Source: a bacterium (GTDB taxonomy: Bacteria; Arandabacterota; Arandabacteria; Arandabacterales; JALGWA01). Taken from it: a stretch of DNA of 17,233 bases. Where the stretch lies: contig JASFEA010000070.1 in the NCBI GenBank assembly GCA_050125095.1, forward strand, positions 1 to 17,233. The letters run 5' to 3'. Below the pieces are notes generated by a model. That model was not told the DNA's origin. It did no database searches and saw only the letters and a program-made list of their open reading frames with translations. Shown here one piece after another: positions 15,827-17,233 of the stretch (positions within the stretch are counted from its first letter, which is position 1; every line of letters begins with the position of its first letter). The translations under genes were made by a program, and so were the position numbers.

Positions 15827-17002
15827 TTACTTCGGTTCAGCCTGTTCCGCAAGCTCCTCCGCGGGCGGAGTCCTGATGAAGTCGCCGTCATGCTGCTTGC
15901 ATTCTTCGAGGCGGCGCAAAGCCTCCGCCATTATGCTCTCGCAGTCATCGCCGTCCTCGGGACAGCTGGAGATGCAAATGGAAAGGGTCGGTATTTCGTC
16001 GATGACCGATTCGTCCAGGGACCTGACGCGGGACAGAAAACGCCTGGCGAATACACCGGCCCCCTTGTGTCCCGTCTGGGGAAGCAGCAGCATGAATGTG
16101 TTCGGATTGCGAATGCCGGGGAGGTCGACGCCCCTTGTCTCGCCCTTGAGCACGGAAGCGATCACCTTCATGAGCTCGCCGGCAACCAGGTGCCCCCTGC
16201 GCGAGACATAGTCCTCGAATCCGTCCACCGAGATAAGCGCAAGCGAGAAACCTGCCTTGTACCTCAGATAACGGTTCACGAGCTCCAGGAAGCGTCTTTC
16301 TATGTATTCGCATCTGTAGATGTTGAGGTCGCGGTCGATTATGCCGCGCGAGATCGGGACGCCCTCGAAAGTCCCGCGCCTCGCCACTTCGAGGCCGGTG
16401 GACGTGATCGAATAGGCGAACACGGGATGTATCATAGTGCCGTCCTTCGCGATCTCCCTTCCGCAATGCGGGCTCAGGAACTCCTCTACGGGCTCGGCGA
16501 ATATCTGCCGGCAGGAGGTGCAGAAGAAGGACTGGGATGTTCTCTCGTAGTCCACGCCGAGGTGGCGGAGTTGGCGTTCGCACTCGGGGCAGACAAAGTC
16601 GGTGCCCCTGCTCGCCTCTTCCTCGACTCCAGCCCAACCGCAATGGAAGTGGTGGAGAACGTCCTTCTTGACGATGAGACTCGAGCCGCATTGCGGGCAG
16701 AGCTTCCTGAGCCTCAGGTTGTCATGAAGGCAGTACGGGCAGAGGTCGACTTGATCGACCAGCTCTCTGGCCACACAGTCCATTTCCGCCAGGGTCTCCA
16801 GTATGCAGTATTCCTCTCCGGGCTCGCATCCTATGAGCTGGGAGATTGCGGGGTAGTAGTAGCCGACCCTGGTCCGGCTCGACGCGATGGGATCCGTCTT
16901 GGCCGTGTCGCGCGACTTGGCCATGTGGATCAGTATTTTGAGCCTGTTTTCGGAGCTGTCGATTACGCGATACGGCAAAGCCCTGCGCTCGTATTCTTCC
17001 AT
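15827..17002 (-). CDS. TackOD1-like multi-zinc-ribbon protein fused to a degenerate GGDEF domain
   Basis: CPYC, CPQC, HHFHC, CPEC..LRHLGVDY, CTSC; C-terminal GGDEF fold (SLALISVDGF..Y....GH..GE.LMK.IA..L, LSICIS.CPEDG); ATG 17002 after GGGGGGAGG. Confidence 0.8.
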   Translation of the reverse strand: MEEYERRALPYRVIDSSENRLKILIHMAKSRDTAKTDPIASSRTRVGYYYPAISQLIGCEPGEEYCILETLAEMDCVARELVDQVDLCPYCLHDNLRLRKLCPQCGSSLIVKKDVLHHFHCGWAGVEEEASRGTDFVCPECERQLRHLGVDYERTSQSFFCTSCRQIFAEPVEEFLSPHCGREIAKDGTMIHPVFAYSITSTGLEVARRGTFEGVPISRGIIDRDLNIYRCEYIERRFLELVNRYLRYKAGFSLALISVDGFEDYVSRRGHLVAGELMKVIASVLKGETRGVDLPGIRNPNTFMLLLPQTGHKGAGVFARRFLSRVRSLDESVIDEIPTLSICISSCPEDGDDCESIMAEALRRLEECKQHDGDFIRTPPAEELAEQAEPK

Positions 17003-17079
17003 CGTCCTCCCCCCATGCAATTCAGGCGGGACGTGCCCGAAGAACCCTGTTATTCTGCCTCCTCTTCCTAATCGGTACT

Positions 17080-17105
17080 CCAAAGCGCTTACTTGAACGC
17101 TTTGG
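17080..17105. promoter_or_regulatory. Inverted repeat / possible operator in the divergent GGDEF-pfkA intergenic region
   Basis: CCAAAGCG-N10-CGCTTTGG perfect 8-bp arms; overlaps AAGCGCTT palindrome (17083-17090). Confidence 0.4.
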
Positions 17106-17189
17106 CTTAACGCCAATCTCCTGTTGTCCGGGTGGGGGATTTGTAGTATGTCTTTGAATCGGCATCGCACATGAGAAGGGAGAGATCCA

Positions 17190-17233
17190 ATGAAAAAGAA
17201 GATGGCCATACTCACCGCGGGAGGGGACTGCCC
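17190..17233 (+). CDS. pfkA: 6-phosphofructokinase, N-terminal fragment (runs off the window)
   Basis: ATG AAA AAG AAG ATG GCC ATA CTC ACC GCG GGA GGG GAC TGC CC = MKKKMAILTAGGDCP, the PfkA N-terminal ILTxGGDxP signature; GAAGGGAG RBS; absent from the ORF track. Confidence 0.88.
   Translation, partial: MKKKMAILTAGGDC

Noticed and set aside
15785..17071. 428-aa plus-strand ORF
   Set aside because: Antisense to the TackOD1-GGDEF gene; no family signature or RBS
17003..17215. 71-aa N-terminal extension of the GGDEF ORF
   Set aside because: Overlaps the pfkA start on the opposite strand and the intergenic dyads; an RBS supports ATG 17002

Overview
GC-rich bacterial chromosomal window, densely coding, with no mobile-element genes, rRNA, tRNA or CRISPR array visible. 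Order: Zn-dependent alcohol dehydrogenase, secreted GH97 alpha-glucosidase, class C beta-lactamase-like serine hydrolase and a hypothetical protein with Trp-periodic repeats (all +); a 30-bp tandem REP-like repeat; a DUF2807/GIN lipoprotein (-); an Rrf2-cysteine desulfurase-nadA-mnmA operon (+); a convergent type IV minor pilin operon (FimT/PilV/PilW/PilX-DUF4900 plus a miniature PilX-like gene) with a candidate sigma54 promoter (-); a DUF6982-like gene (+); a flippase-like membrane protein and a TackOD1 zinc-ribbon/degenerate-GGDEF protein (-); and the first 14-15 codons of pfkA, missing from the ORF track. The most notable signals are the mini-PilX closing a pilin cluster that has no PilY1/PilE, an RBS-sequestering hairpin before the Trp-repeat orphan, a structured leader before the Fe-S client operon, and a probable c-di-GMP receptor (RxxD kept, GGDEF lost). 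All family calls come from motif recognition by eye; no searches were run.
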